NCBI GenBank assembly: GCA_963765205.1
Contig: CAVXVB010000009.1
Coordinates: 672,001-736,000, forward strand
Direction of reading: 5' to 3'
Length of the DNA stretch: 64,000 nt
From: an uncultured Verrucomicrobiae bacterium
GTDB lineage: Bacteria > Verrucomicrobiota > Verrucomicrobiia > Opitutales > JABDGR01
In this document: positions 29,949-42,120 of the stretch, piece by piece
Numbering within the stretch: position 1 is the first letter of the stretch
Layout of the letters: each line of letters begins with the position of its first letter
Program-made: the position numbers and the translations under genes
Notes under the pieces: generated by a model
What the model was told of the DNA's origin: nothing
What the model saw: the letters and a program-made list of their open reading frames with translations, nothing else
Databases searched by the model: none

Positions 29949-30973
29949 ACGGGCGAAGCCGGGTTCGTGACTGATTCAACGAGCGCCGCCACGCATTCGA
30001 TTTTTGCCCGCGGCGTAATACCGTGGCCGAGGTTCACAATATGGCCCGGGCCTGTGACGGCGTTCAGCAAGGCGCGCGTCGCGTCGCGCACATTTTTCGG
30101 GTCGCCTTCGAGCAGCACCGGGTCGAGGTTGCCTTGCGTGGCGAGCTCAGGGTGTGCGCGGCGAAAGGCCGCGAGGTCCACCGTCTGGTCGAGGCTCAAT
30201 ACCGTCGCGCCGGTGTTCGTCAGCGCCTTCGCTTCGAGCGCCATCCCTTTGGCAAAGAGAATTACCGGCATTTTTGGCGGTAGCGCCACAATGATTTCAA
30301 GAATCCACCGCAGCGACCACGCCGAGTAAAACTCTCGCGGACATAGCGCGCCCCACGAATCGAAAATCTGCACGGCGTCCGCCCCGGCCTCCAATTGCAG
30401 GCGCAAACAGGCGGTCACGGCGCGGGTAAGTTTTTGCATAAGCATTTCAAACCGCGCCGGCTCAGTCCGCGCTAGCCGCGCAATCGCCGGGGTCGCCGCT
30501 GGCGCGCCACCTTCCACCATGTAGGCCGCCAGCGTCCACGGCGCGCCCGCAAATCCCAGCAGTGCCGTGTGGCCGCCCAATTCGCGCCGGACGAGCCGGT
30601 GCGCGTCGCCCAAATACTGCAATCGCTCGACGACGTTATGGGCATCCAGTTTTTCCAGCCGCGCCGCCGAATCGAGCGCAAACTCCATCGCGATGCCGCC
30701 TTCCTCGCGAAACCGATACGGTTGGCCCATCGCCTCCGGCACGATCAGAATATCGCTGAAAATTATCGCCGCATCGAGGGGAAACCGCCGCAGCGGCTGC
30801 AAGGTCACTTCCGCCGCCAGCGCGGGCGTGCGCACCATTTCCACGAAACTGTGCTTTTCTTTTAAGGCGCGATATTCGGGCAGATAGCGCCCGGCCTGAC
30901 GCATCAGCCAGACCGGCTGCCGGTCGGCGGGTGCGCGCGCGCAGGCGGCCAGAAAACGTTCGCGGGCGGTCAT
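29945..30973 (-). CDS. hemE: Uroporphyrinogen decarboxylase
   Basis: PVWLMRQAGRYLPEY, IIFSDIL, QIFDSW, QGNLDP, NLGHGI. Confidence 0.96.
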   Translation of the reverse strand: MTARERFLAACARAPADRQPVWLMRQAGRYLPEYRALKEKHSFVEMVRTPALAAEVTLQPLRRFPLDAAIIFSDILIVPEAMGQPYRFREEGGIAMEFALDSAARLEKLDAHNVVERLQYLGDAHRLVRRELGGHTALLGFAGAPWTLAAYMVEGGAPAATPAIARLARTEPARFEMLMQKLTRAVTACLRLQLEAGADAVQIFDSWGALCPREFYSAWSLRWILEIIVALPPKMPVILFAKGMALEAKALTNTGATVLSLDQTVDLAAFRRAHPELATQGNLDPVLLEGDPKNVRDATRALLNAVTGPGHIVNLGHGITPRAKIECVAALVESVTNPASPV

Positions 30974-30975
30974 GG

Positions 30976-31894
<919 letters not shown>

Positions 31895-31901
31895 GGGAGA
31901 A

Positions 31902-32780
31902 TTATTTTGGTTTTAGCCAGGCGTTGATGGTCCTCACCGCAATGGCGGAGGCGCGCGCGGCGCTTTTTTCCTTAACGGCAAAAGCCGCCCGGCCTTTAGG
32001 TTCGTGAAAAACGTGCAAGGTGTCGCCCACGAAATGCGCCGCCGAAGACATTTGGCAGCCACCACCCAACGCTCCCAGCGCGGCGCGTTCGACCAGCACT
32101 GCGCGCGCGGTCTGCGCGCACAAGGCGGCGCGAAATTTTTTCGCGTCTGCGACGCGGCATTCGAGCGCAATTGCGCCCTGACCGGCGGCGGAAATCATTT
32201 TTTCGACTGGCAATGGTTCGAACACCAAGCCGGTAAATTTCTCAATGCCCAGCCGTTGCAACCCAGCGGCGGCGAGGAAGGTTGCGTCAGCGGCGCCGGC
32301 GGCGATTTTTTTCAGCCGCGTGTCCAGGTTCCCGCGGATTTCCGTCCATTCGACGGCGGGCCACCACGCCCGCGCCTGGGCCCGGCGGCGCGGGCTGCCC
32401 GTGGCTACGCTCCGGGGGATTTTCACGCCCGCGCGCCGCACCAACACGTCGCGCGCGTCGGCCCGCGGCAAAAATCCGGCCAGCGCCAGGCCAGCGGGCA
32501 GGGTGGTGGGCAGGTCCTTCGCGCTGTGGACAGCAAGGTGCGCGCGGCCTTCCAAGAGTGCCTCCTCCAATTCGCGCGTGAACAAGCCCTTGCCGCCCTC
32601 TTGGGCCAGCGACCAATCGCGCTGGCGGTCGCCCGTGGTGGTCAATTCGAGCAACTCGATTTTCTTCCACCACACACCCGGCATCGCCGCGAGGGCCGCG
32701 CGCGCCAACTCCGCCTGCCGCCGCGCGAGCGGGCTGCGGCGCGTCGCCAGCACCAGAATCGAATCAGAGGATTTAGCCAC
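31902..32780 (-). CDS. hemC: Hydroxymethylbilane synthase
   Basis: ATRRSPLA, GKGLFTRELE, VHSAKDLP, IRGNLDTRL, LGGGC; GTG start inferred. Confidence 0.94.
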   Translation of the reverse strand: MAKSSDSILVLATRRSPLARRQAELARAALAAMPGVWWKKIELLELTTTGDRQRDWSLAQEGGKGLFTRELEEALLEGRAHLAVHSAKDLPTTLPAGLALAGFLPRADARDVLVRRAGVKIPRSVATGSPRRRAQARAWWPAVEWTEIRGNLDTRLKKIAAGAADATFLAAAGLQRLGIEKFTGLVFEPLPVEKMISAAGQGAIALECRVADAKKFRAALCAQTARAVLVERAALGALGGGCQMSSAAHFVGDTLHVFHEPKGRAAFAVKEKSAARASAIAVRTINAWLKPK

Positions 32781-32831
32781 GGGAGGAATAGTGTTGTGCC
32801 AAACCGTTCTAATTAGTGGACTGTTCGCTGC

Positions 32832-34193
32832 ATGGCAACCGCACAAACAGATTCGCCCGCGCCCCGCGCCCCGCGCGCACCCGTCGGCATCATTTTCCTG
32901 ACCATCTTTCTGGACCTGGTCGGCTTCTCCATCATCTTCCCACTATTTCCGAAGATGCTGCAATACTACCTGCCCACCGCCGGGCAGGCCGGCTGGATGG
33001 CCGGCATCGTGCATTGGCTGCAAAACCTTTCCGGCGGCGCGTCGCAGCTTTCCGTCGAGGTGCTCTTTGCCGGATTGCTCGGGTCGCTGTATTCGGTGCT
33101 GCAATTTTTCTTTTCTCCCTTTTGGGGCCGCTTGTCCGACCGCTGGGGGCGGCGCAAGGTGTTGCTGGTCACGGTCGCCGGCACGGCGTTGAGCTACCTG
33201 CTTTGGATTTTCGCCGGGCAATTCTGGATGCTGCTCGTCGCGCGCGGGCTGGGCGGCATGATGGCGGGCAACGTCTCTGTCGGCACCGCCGCCATCGCCG
33301 ACGTGACGACGGCGGAGAAACGCTCGCGCGGCATGGCGATGGTTGGGATCGCCTTCGGACTGGGCTTCGTCCTCGGGCCGGCACTGGGCGGCTGGCTCTC
33401 GACGTATGATTTGGCCGCGCAGTATCCGAATGGCGTCGCCTACGGAATCAATCCCTTTTCCGCCTGCGCGCTGGCCTCCTTCGCGCTCGCAGTACTGAAT
33501 TATTTCTGGGTGCTCACGCGGTTCCCGGAAACCCTGCCGGCGGAGAAACGTGCCAGTCACCTGCCGGCGGATCGGAAAACCCCGACCGTTTCCGAGCGCC
33601 TCGCCGCCATCTTTTGCTACGACCACCCGGCCATCCTGCGCGCCAACTTTGTGAATCTCTTTTACACCATCGCCTTCAGCGGCATGGAATTCACCCTCAC
33701 CTTCCTCGCCGCCGAGCGATTTGGCTATTCGCCCCGCGACATGGTGAAAATTTTCGTCTTCATGGGCCTGGTGATGGTTGTGGCGCAAGGCTGGCTCGGG
33801 CGCAAGTATGTGCCGCGTTGGGGCGAGCGGCCCTCCGCCGTCCTAGGCCTGGTGTGCGGCATGGCCGGCTTTGTCATTCTGGCCGTCGCGCTGCGCCTGC
33901 GCTACTTTTACACTGGGCTGGCGATCTTCGCCGTCAGCGCCGGCCTGACCTCCGTCTGCCTGCCCGCGCTGGTGTCGTTGTATAGCGATGCCACGGCGCA
34001 AGGCCGCCACATCGGTTCGGCTCGCGCGGCCCAGGCGCTCGGGCGCGCCATCGGCCCGCTCATTTTCGCCATCATCTATTTCTGGGCCGGCGCTAAAATT
34101 TCCTACCTGGCGGGTGGGTCCGCGTTGTTGATCCCCGTCTGGCTGGCACTCCGGTTGCCCACGCCGCACAAAGGGCCGGCGGCTGCGTCCTGA
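32832..34193 (+). CDS. MFS transporter, DHA1/TetA-like
   Basis: IFLDLVGFSIIFP, GRLSDRWGRR, GLGFVLGPALGG. Confidence 0.88.
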   Translation: MATAQTDSPAPRAPRAPVGIIFLTIFLDLVGFSIIFPLFPKMLQYYLPTAGQAGWMAGIVHWLQNLSGGASQLSVEVLFAGLLGSLYSVLQFFFSPFWGRLSDRWGRRKVLLVTVAGTALSYLLWIFAGQFWMLLVARGLGGMMAGNVSVGTAAIADVTTAEKRSRGMAMVGIAFGLGFVLGPALGGWLSTYDLAAQYPNGVAYGINPFSACALASFALAVLNYFWVLTRFPETLPAEKRASHLPADRKTPTVSERLAAIFCYDHPAILRANFVNLFYTIAFSGMEFTLTFLAAERFGYSPRDMVKIFVFMGLVMVVAQGWLGRKYVPRWGERPSAVLGLVCGMAGFVILAVALRLRYFYTGLAIFAVSAGLTSVCLPALVSLYSDATAQGRHIGSARAAQALGRAIGPLIFAIIYFWAGAKISYLAGGSALLIPVWLALRLPTPHKGPAAAS

Positions 34194-34202
34194 AATGTTT
34201 GT

Positions 34203-34484
34203 TTAGTGCCGGCGGCGCGGGCCGAAACTGCGCATGGGCGCGCCGCGCGGGGCGACGGCGTTGCGCAAGCGGTAGGTGATGCGCGCCTTGTTCAGGTCGT
34301 AGGGACTCATCTCCATCTTCACCATGTCGCCCACGGTGATCTTGATGAAATTTTTGCGCAGCTTGCCCGAAATGTGCGCGAGTACCTGATGCCCGCCCGG
34401 AATCTCCACGCGAAACATCGTGCCGGGCAGCACGGTCACGATTTTTCCTTCAACTTCAATGGCATCTTGCGATTCGACGGTCAT
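34203..34484 (-). CDS. infA: Translation initiation factor IF-1
   Basis: [15 protein letters not shown]...AHISGK.RKNFIKI..GD.V..EMSPYDL.KARITYR. Confidence 0.96.
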   Translation of the reverse strand: MTVESQDAIEVEGKIVTVLPGTMFRVEIPGGHQVLAHISGKLRKNFIKITVGDMVKMEMSPYDLNKARITYRLRNAVAPRGAPMRSFGPRRRH

Positions 34485-34719
34485 AATTAGGTATACGGCA
34501 GTGGGAGTTTGCGGCGGGGCGCAGCTAGGGGTTACAATGCGGGTGAGCCGGCCCCCCCGTCAAGCCGGAATTGACCCCACGCGTGGAAGAAGAGAAAAAA
34601 CGGGAACAGGGCGCGATCTTGCGGAGGAAAGGCGACTGAGGCGACTAAGGGGAAGAGGGGGTAGAGCGAAGCGGCAGAGGGAAGGATATCGGGTGGTGGT
34701 ATGGTTTGAAATCCTCGCT

Positions 34720-34888
34720 GCGGCCTGCAAGGCCGCCGGAGCCAAGCCCAGGGCCGAAGCCCGCTTTGCGGGCGAGACCCTGGGTATCGGATCAGTGAAA
34801 AAACATCCGCCCTGTCAGGGCGGGGGAATGGGTCTCGGACTCCTGCGCCCTGACAGGGCGCGAAATATTTTGTGGCATGCAGACCCAG
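34720..34888. repeat. Composite REP element, apparently truncated
   Basis: gcggcctgcaaggccgc; cccaggg...ccctggg; inverted pair cgccctgtcagggcg / cgccctgacagggcg; ends at acccag. Confidence 0.75.
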
Positions 34889-35337
34889 AAATAAGTTCGG
34901 TAACCGAGACTTTGCGTCTGCTTGAGCAATTCCACTTTGTCGGGTGACGACATCACCGTTTCAAAAGTAAACGACGCCTTCCGTTCCAGGAGTTTTTGCC
35001 GGATGAAATCCGCAGCCACCGAGGCAAAATACGCATTCACTTTCGAGCTTGCGAAGTTCAGTCGCCCCTCGGCGAAGCGCAGGTGCTCGACCACGTCAGA
35101 CAAGCCGCCTTTTTTGAGCAAGACGGAATTTCGAAAAAACTCCGGCAGCTCATCCGCCGTGCTGGTGACCCCGTAAACGCCCAAATCTATAAAGCCCTGG
35201 GCCTGCAACTCTGCCTCAAGTTCGTCGGGGTTGATATAATACCCCCGCAATTCGGGCAGCAGCTTTTTCTTCAGAGTGCTCTTACCTGAGCCATTAGGCC
35301 CGGCAAACATGCGCATTCGTGGCGTCCCCGTGCTCAC
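34792..35337 (-). pseudogene. Zeta-toxin/P-loop kinase family gene, C-terminally truncated
   Basis: FAGPNGSGKST, INPDE, SFTFETVMS; the frame runs into REP DNA right after GYRTY. Confidence 0.75.
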
Positions 35338-35561
35338 CGGATATTGATCTTTTGGCCAGGAGTGACTGGCGTGACGGGATCAATGGCTTTGACGCGCACG
35401 CGTCGGCCATCAGGAAAAAACTCATAGATGAAGCCTTGGTCGGTTTGCAAAACGCTCCGGCCCGCCGCCAACGTCTGCTGGCTGGCCTCGTGAAAGGCCA
35501 CGCAAGACATGGCGGGAAACTGACTTTCCAAGTCCAGGATGTTATTTTCTTGGTCGGCCAT
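35334..35561 (-). CDS. Small protein coupled upstream of the zeta-like gene (putative antitoxin)
   Basis: GTGA overlap with the zeta-like gene; FHEASQQTLAAGRSVL...IYEFFPDGRR. Confidence 0.65.
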   Translation of the reverse strand: MADQENNILDLESQFPAMSCVAFHEASQQTLAAGRSVLQTDQGFIYEFFPDGRRVRVKAIDPVTPVTPGQKINIR

Positions 35562-35661
35562 GGTAAACCTCTTTGTCAATACCTTAGAATATTTCGTCTC
35601 TCAAGGCAACCAAAGATTGTAATGGCCCTCTCTGCGCATCAGGCTGCGCCATGCTTGGCCT

Positions 35662-36816
35662 TCACTTCGCCGCGCTGGCCGGCGGCACGGGCAAAAACAA
35701 CATGCAAATTGGCCCGGGCGCGGCGATCGGGTCGCCTTGTTGCGTGAGCTTGCCAGTGTTGGCATCCACGCGAAAGACCGCCGCCGAGTTGGAATCTTGA
35801 TGGCCGGCCACAATCCATTGGCCCGTCGGGTCAAAGCCGAAATACCGCGGGGTTTTGCCGCCCACCGGCATATCTTGCACCAAGCTTAACATGGAGGTTT
35901 TCGGGTCAATCGCAAAGACGGCGATGGCGTCATGGCCGCGGGCCGAGGCATAAAGAAACTTGCCATTCGGGTGGAAGGCCAGCTCCGCGTCCTTGTTGAA
36001 GGCCTTGAAATCGGCGGGCAAGGTCGAGATGGTCTGGAATTCGGTCAGGGAACCGGCGCTGGCGTCCCAATTGAACGCCGTGATGGTGCCGCCCATTTCA
36101 TTGATGCAGTAGAGCACCTTGCCGTTCGGGGAAAACATGATGTGCCGGGGGCCGGAACCGGGCTTGACCGTGCCAAAGGCGGGAGTGTTGGGCGTGATTT
36201 TTCCGGTGACCGCGTCGAACTTGTAGATATAAATTTTGTCCACTCCCAGGTCGGTGCATAGAACAAATTTGTCCGCCGGGTCCGTGATGACGCAATGCGC
36301 GTGCGGGCCTTCCTGGCGGTCGGGGTCCACGCCTTTGCCGGCGTGCTGGTCGAAACCGGTCTGTTCGCCCAGGGAACCGTCGGGCTTGATGGCAAAAACC
36401 GCCACGCTGCCGCTGTCGTAGTTGGCCACCAGTGCAAAGCGGCCGGTCCGGTCGAGGCTGATGTGGCAGGGACCTTTGCCGCCACAGGTGACGTTGTTAA
36501 GCAGCTTCAATGCGCCGGTTTGGGCGTTAATTTCGTAAGCGGCCACCTGCCCCGCGGTCTCCCACCCTGAGTAGAGATGTTTGCCGTCGGCCGACATGAC
36601 AAAATACGACGGGCCACCGGCCTGGGCCGCGAGCACCGGCTTGGTCAGCACGCCCGTGTCGCTGTTGAAGCGGCCCAGCGAAATACCGCTGTCGGGGCCA
36701 CTGTTGGCGGTGCCATAGAAAACAAAATAATCCGCGGCCTTCAGCCGGGGTGTCGAAGCAGCGATTGCAATCGCCGCCAAGCCAAGTAGTGCCATCGAAG
36801 TGGGGTAGTAGGGCAT
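35662..36816 (-). CDS. Secreted lactonase (6-phosphogluconolactonase/cycloisomerase-2 beta-propeller)
   Basis: Signal peptide; GPCHIS, VANYDSGS, RQEGPHAH, DLG.D, GSGPRH, SARGHD, GKTPR. Confidence 0.9.
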   Translation of the reverse strand: MPYYPTSMALLGLAAIAIAASTPRLKAADYFVFYGTANSGPDSGISLGRFNSDTGVLTKPVLAAQAGGPSYFVMSADGKHLYSGWETAGQVAAYEINAQTGALKLLNNVTCGGKGPCHISLDRTGRFALVANYDSGSVAVFAIKPDGSLGEQTGFDQHAGKGVDPDRQEGPHAHCVITDPADKFVLCTDLGVDKIYIYKFDAVTGKITPNTPAFGTVKPGSGPRHIMFSPNGKVLYCINEMGGTITAFNWDASAGSLTEFQTISTLPADFKAFNKDAELAFHPNGKFLYASARGHDAIAVFAIDPKTSMLSLVQDMPVGGKTPRYFGFDPTGQWIVAGHQDSNSAAVFRVDANTGKLTQQGDPIAAPGPICMLFLPVPPASAAK

Positions 36817-36887
36817 GGCGACCGATGCTGGCCATTGGCCGGGGTTGGGCAAGCCCAAAGAGTTAAGCGTGGCCAGGAAAATAAAAA

Positions 36888-36913
36888 CAAGACCCGCGTT
36901 TCCGCGGGTCTTG
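36888..36913 (-). terminator. Intrinsic terminator after the second DUF1552 gene
   Basis: caagacccgcg-tttc-cgcgggtcttg 11-bp stem, T-rich tail on the minus strand. Confidence 0.8.
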
Positions 36914-36938
36914 GAAAAAACAAAACTGTTGGCAGAAC

Positions 36939-38296
36939 TCAGGCGACTGCTTCAAGGGCACCTGTTACTGTCGCCAAACCGGTCCGTTGTTACGCCCATG
37001 CGGTTGAGCAGGGAGACGTAGAGGTTCGACATCGGGGCCGAGTCAAACTGGAGGTGGCGGCCCGGGGTCAGCGTGCCGGCGCCGCGTCCGGCCAGAATGG
37101 TGGGCAGGTCGTCGTGCGAGTGGGAGTTGCCGTCGCTGATGCCCGCGCCATAGACAATAATGGAATTGTCGAGCAGGTTGCCGTCGCCTTCTTGGACGGA
37201 CTTAAGCTTGTCGAGGAAATAGCCGAATTGCTTGACGTGCCAGTTGTCAATAATAGCCAGGCGGGCCAGCGCGTCCGGCTGGTTGCGGTGGTGCGAGATG
37301 TGGTGATGGCCTTGGGCGACGTTGATGAAGGGGTAGGGGCGGTTGCCGCCGTCGTGCGAAACGAGGAAGGTGGCCACGCGGGTGGTGTCCGTCTGAAACG
37401 ACAGCGTCATCAGGTCGAACATGAGCTTCATGTGGCGCTCGAACGTGTAGTCATGCGTTCATGTTGCCCATCGCGCCATCCGGGACGGCCGGGGGCGCGG
37501 TGCCGTTCATCTGGATGCGGCGTTCGACGTCACGAATGGAGGTGAAATACTCGTCGAGCTTGCGTCGGTCGGTCGTGCCGAGCTTGCCCTCCAGGCTCTT
37601 GGCCTGGTCCTGCACCAAGTCCAGCACGCTTTGATCGTAGTGGTCGCGCTTGGCTTGGGCCGCCAGCGCCTCGGCGGTGGTGCCGCCGCCGAAGAGGCGC
37701 TGGAACGCCTGCTTGGGCTCAATCTCCGGGTTCATCGGCTGGGTTTCGGAACGCCAGGAAATATTGAACTGGTAGGCGCAACTGTAGCCGGAGTCGCACG
37801 AGCCGGCTTCCTGGCCGCGGTCGCAACTCAGTTCGAGCGAGGGGAGCCGCGTCTTGTCACCGATGGTGTTGGCGACCACCTGGTCAACCGAAATGCCGGC
37901 ATGAATATCGGAGGCGGATTTTTTGGGATGACGGCCGGTTAGATACGTCGCGGAAGCGCGGGCGTGGTCGCCGCCGCCGTCACCCATGCCAAAGGCGTTT
38001 TTATGGGTTAGTCCCGACAGAATGGAGATCTCCGCCTGGTGCGGCGCAAGGGGCGCGAGAGTGGGGGAGAGTTCGTAATCCGCGCCCACTTTCTCGGGCG
38101 TCCATTTCGCCATGTTGATGCCGTTGGGGACGTAAACAAAGGCGACTCGTTTCGGAAATTCCTTTGCCGCGGTGGCACCGAGGGTGGAACCCAATAATTT
38201 GGTGCCGGGCACCATGGCCTCAAGCATGGGCAGGGCGACTACCGTGCCCATGCCGCGAAGAAAAGTTCGACGGGGTATTTGCCAGTTTTTGCTCAT
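36939..38296 (-). CDS. DUF1552 (HXXSHH) protein, Tat-exported (frameshifts near 37450 and 36966)
   Basis: PRRTFLRG..VALPMLEAM, GDHAR, CDSGYSCAY, FQTDTTRVAT, HHHISHH, DGNSHSH. Confidence 0.9.
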
Positions 38297-38381
38297 GGGG
38301 AATAGCAGGGTTGGGAGAACCGCGATTGTCTCTTTAATGAAAAACAGGACAGGACGCAAGGCCAATTTTTTTGGGGGGGGA

Positions 38382-41300
38382 TTACGGTGTGTCCCCGTCT
38401 TTGTTTTCGCCGCGGCATTCCTGGAAAGGGAGGCTGTTGACCACGTCGAGAATAAGGGTGGAAAATTTATACTGGTTCTTGGCCAGATCCTGCGAAATCT
38501 TCTGGACCGTGTCCCGGTCGTAATACTCCGTGCCGCGTCCAAGCGCGTAAGTGAGCATCTTGTCCGTCAGCGTGCGGACGAAAGCGTCGCGCTTGTTCAC
38601 CGCGAGAATATTGGCCAGTTCCGCCGCGCCCTTAAACGTTTCCCCGCTGACGAGTTTGCCCGACGCATCAATCGGGAAGGACAGGGGCTGGGCCGCCGGA
38701 GCGGCCTCCTCCGCGGCAGGAGCATTCGGATCCGCCGCCACGGGGGCGTTCGCATCGGCGGCGGCAGGAGCATTGGCATTCGCCGCCGCCGGGGCATTGG
38801 CATCGGCTTGGGCATTGGCGGCCGCCGCATCCGCTGCGGCCTGGACATTGGCATCCGCCACGGGCGCGGTTTTCGGAACAATCACTTCCGCGTCGCGCCA
38901 GCGGCCAATGCCGTCAAAATTCTCCAATCCAAATCCAATCGGGTCCATGCGCGCGTGGCAGGAGGCGCAAACCGGGTCCGCCCGATGCTGCTCCATTTGC
39001 TCGCGCAACGAGCCGGTGGCCGTCTGGCTGTCGCCCTTCAATTCGGGAACATTGGGCGGGGGCGGGGGTGGCGGCGAGCCGAAGAAGTTCCTCGAGCACC
39101 CATTTCCCCCGTTTGACGGGTGAGGTGCGGGTCGGATTCGAGGTCAGCGTCAGCACGCTGGCCTGGGTGAAGACCCCGCGCCGCGGCGTGCCCACGAGCG
39201 AGACGCGCTGGAAATCCTCGCCCGTGATGTTGGGAATGCCGTAAAGTTTCGCGAGCGATTCATTGACGAACGTATAGTCGGCGTTCAGAAAATCGAGCAC
39301 GCTCCGATCCTCGTGCAGGATGGAGGCGAAGAACAGGTCCGTTTCCTTGAGCATCGCACGCCGCAGGTTTTCGTCGAAGGCCGGGTAGGTGTCGTGGTCG
39401 GGCGCGACAAACTGGAGATTGCGTATTTCCAGCCATTGCCCGGCGAAATTTTCCACAAACGCCTCCGCCTTCGGCGAGGCCAGCATGCGCTTGACTTGCG
39501 CGGTGAGGTTTTTGCGCAATTGGTTGTGCGCGGCGAGGGCGAGCAATTCGTCATCCGGCGTGCTGCTCCACAAGAAGTAAGAAAGCCGCGAGGCCAGCGC
39601 ATATTCATCCACCGGGTGGATGGCGGCCGGATTGTTCGGATCGGGTTGAATTTCGCCGCGGAACAGGAAATAGGGCGACACCAGAATGGCCTTCAAGGGC
39701 TGCTTGACGCTGGCGTCGAAGGAAAGGCCGTCCTTCTGCGCGGCGCTATACAAAGTCATGAGATTATCCACCTCTTCCTTTTGCACCGGACGCCGCCAGG
39801 CCCGGTAGGCGAAGGATGCGACAATGTTGCGCGCCATGTTGGTTTGCGGGTCGGGCGTGCCTTGGGCCGCGGTTTTGGCCTGGTCGAAAAGGGTCTTGAT
39901 CGGCGCCGGCATGGGCGGGAGCGCGGGCGGTTCATCCAAGCCCGCGATCTCCAGATGGTTGATGATCAGGCTGCGCACGCGCAAATTCGGGTCGGGATTG
40001 GCCGGGTCCGGCGCGGTTTCATTCACAAAGGCCGCGGAGAACTGCGTTTCGCCCGGCGGCAGTTTGATCTTGTATTCATACATCTGCGGCTGCGCCTGCA
40101 GCAAAAGCGTGGAGAAGACGGCCTGGCCGGGCGTGGGAATGCGCGTGGCCGGCGCATAAACATCGAAGGTCTGGACGGGCTTGCCGTTGATGCGGAACTC
40201 CATTTTGGCGAAATCCTGGCCCGTCTGCTGCGCATAGGCCTCGGCCCGCAATATGTATTCACCCTCCTTGGGCACCGTGAACTTTGTGGACACTTCGCCA
40301 TTGTGTTCGAGCACCCGTTCGCCGCGCTCGTTGAACTTGCCCTGGCCCACGACCGCCAGACTCTGCGCCGGATAGCGCACGCACAGGTTCGGCAGCGGCC
40401 CTTCGAGTTCCACCCACTTCACCATGATGGTGCCGCTTTGCTCCAGGCCGATGCGCCCGTTTTTCATCTGCAATTCATAAGCGCCGCCGCGCATCCGGTG
40501 GTTCACCATCGCCAGGCGGTGCTTGCCGGGCGGAATGCTGACGCGCGCCTCATACACGCCGGGGCTGGCCACGTCGGTCGCTGTGATGCCCCACTGTTGC
40601 ACGACGGTGTCGTCCATCATGCAGGTCAGGTAAATGGGTTTGGCCGGCGCCGCGCCGCGCACCTTGTTATACGCCTGCACGCGCACCGTGTAGTCGCCGC
40701 CGTTCACCGGCAGCGTCATCGCCACTTCATCCTCCTCCAGGGCCCCCAGCGGCATCCACCCGTCCCCGCTGTCCCCGTCGGCATTGAACCCAAACTCCAT
40801 CAGGTTCGCCTGGAAATGCTTCGTCTCGCTCGGGATCGCATCCGTGGCGATGGCCTCGTCGAGCACCTTGTTCGCCGCCGCCAAATAATCCTGCATCAAC
40901 GTCGGCGAAAGTGACAGCACGTCGGACACATTGTCAAATCCATAGCCCGAATTATCCGCGGGAAAATCATCCGCCGGCTGGAAATTCACCCCCACCAAAT
41001 CGCGGATCGTGTTATTATACTCATTCCGGTTCAGCCGGTGGATGGTCACGCGGCCCGGGTCGGGATGCGCCGGGTCGTAATTGTACAGCGTCGCCTCGAT
41101 CCAGTCGCCCAGTTGCTCGCGCTCGCCCGTGTCCGGAAATAATTTCGCGTCGCTCGGCGGCATCTCCTGCGTCGTGACGTGGTGCAGCACCGTTTCCCAC
41201 AACGTCCGGTCTTTCAACACATCGTCGGCCGTCTTGAACGAGTCCAGCGTGACATCCCCGCGCGATTCGCCGTTGCCGTGGCATTCGAAGCAATACTTTT

Positions 41301-41526
41301 CCAAAATCGGTTGCGCATTCTTGACAAACGACGCCGTCTTGGCGTCCACGCTCATGGCGGGCGTGGCGGCCGGCGTCGTCGCGGACTTCGCCATGGCCGG
41401 CATCGCCGTCGGCGTGGACGCGGCCATTGGTGCCGCAAACGAAGTCAGGCTCACGCCCAAAACGAGGGCGACGGGACAGATAAACCGGCGGGACAGAGAC
41501 AGGGGAGAATTTCGACCGGAAACCAT
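38382..41526 (-). CDS. DUF1592-family cytochrome c protein with inserted carbohydrate-binding-like modules (frameshift near 39080)
   Basis: CFECH and CASCH; HRLNRNEYNNTIRDL; ALASRLSYFLWSS; RTSPVKRGKW; two beta-sandwich-like inserts. Confidence 0.9.
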
Positions 41527-41686
41527 GGGGAGGTGGGAGGGAGTGGAGAACCCTATTTTAGGCACGGCAAAACAAGGTTGTCAACCCTCGCGTGCGTGGC
41601 GGCGAAACCACCGCCTGCGGGTTTCTACTTAGGCGCGTCGCCCTTTAATCCGTTGCCATCCCGCGCCTCAGCCATTAATAACGACC

Positions 41687-42049
41687 ATGGCGAAGCAACC
41701 CAACGAGCGCGGGGAACGAATCCTGAAATATTGGTATCAGCACGTCCGCAGGATCATCATTGGGGTCGCCGGCGGCTCGCTGGTGGTTCTCGGCCTTGTC
41801 TTGTTCGTGCTGCCCGGGCCGTTCTGGCTGCTCATCCCGCTCGGTGTCGCCTTGCTGGGCACGCAGTTTCCCTGGGCCAAACGCTTGATGCGTCGCTCCA
41901 AGGCCTGGCTCCTGGCCAAGCTCCCCGCCTCCGAAGTCGGCCGCATTAACTGGCTCTTCGCCAAAGTCGCGCGCCTGGTCCGGCGCATCGCCAAGTGGCT
42001 GCGCCAGTATCTCATCAAGCCCCTCACGCCCCCCCGCAAGCGCGTCTGA
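41687..42049 (+). CDS. PGPGW-type small membrane protein
   Basis: [28 protein letters not shown]. Confidence 0.8.
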   Translation: MAKQPNERGERILKYWYQHVRRIIIGVAGGSLVVLGLVLFVLPGPFWLLIPLGVALLGTQFPWAKRLMRRSKAWLLAKLPASEVGRINWLFAKVARLVRRIAKWLRQYLIKPLTPPRKRV

Positions 42050-42120
42050 TTTCCGCCCCGGCCCCGCACGAATTTTATGGCCAAACGGCGGCGGGTTATT
42101 TCATCATTCCCGGCCTCCCC

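Noticed and set aside
32832..34193. Tetracycline resistance gene
   Set aside because: Only generic DHA1 motifs in a housekeeping context; substrate cannot be assigned.
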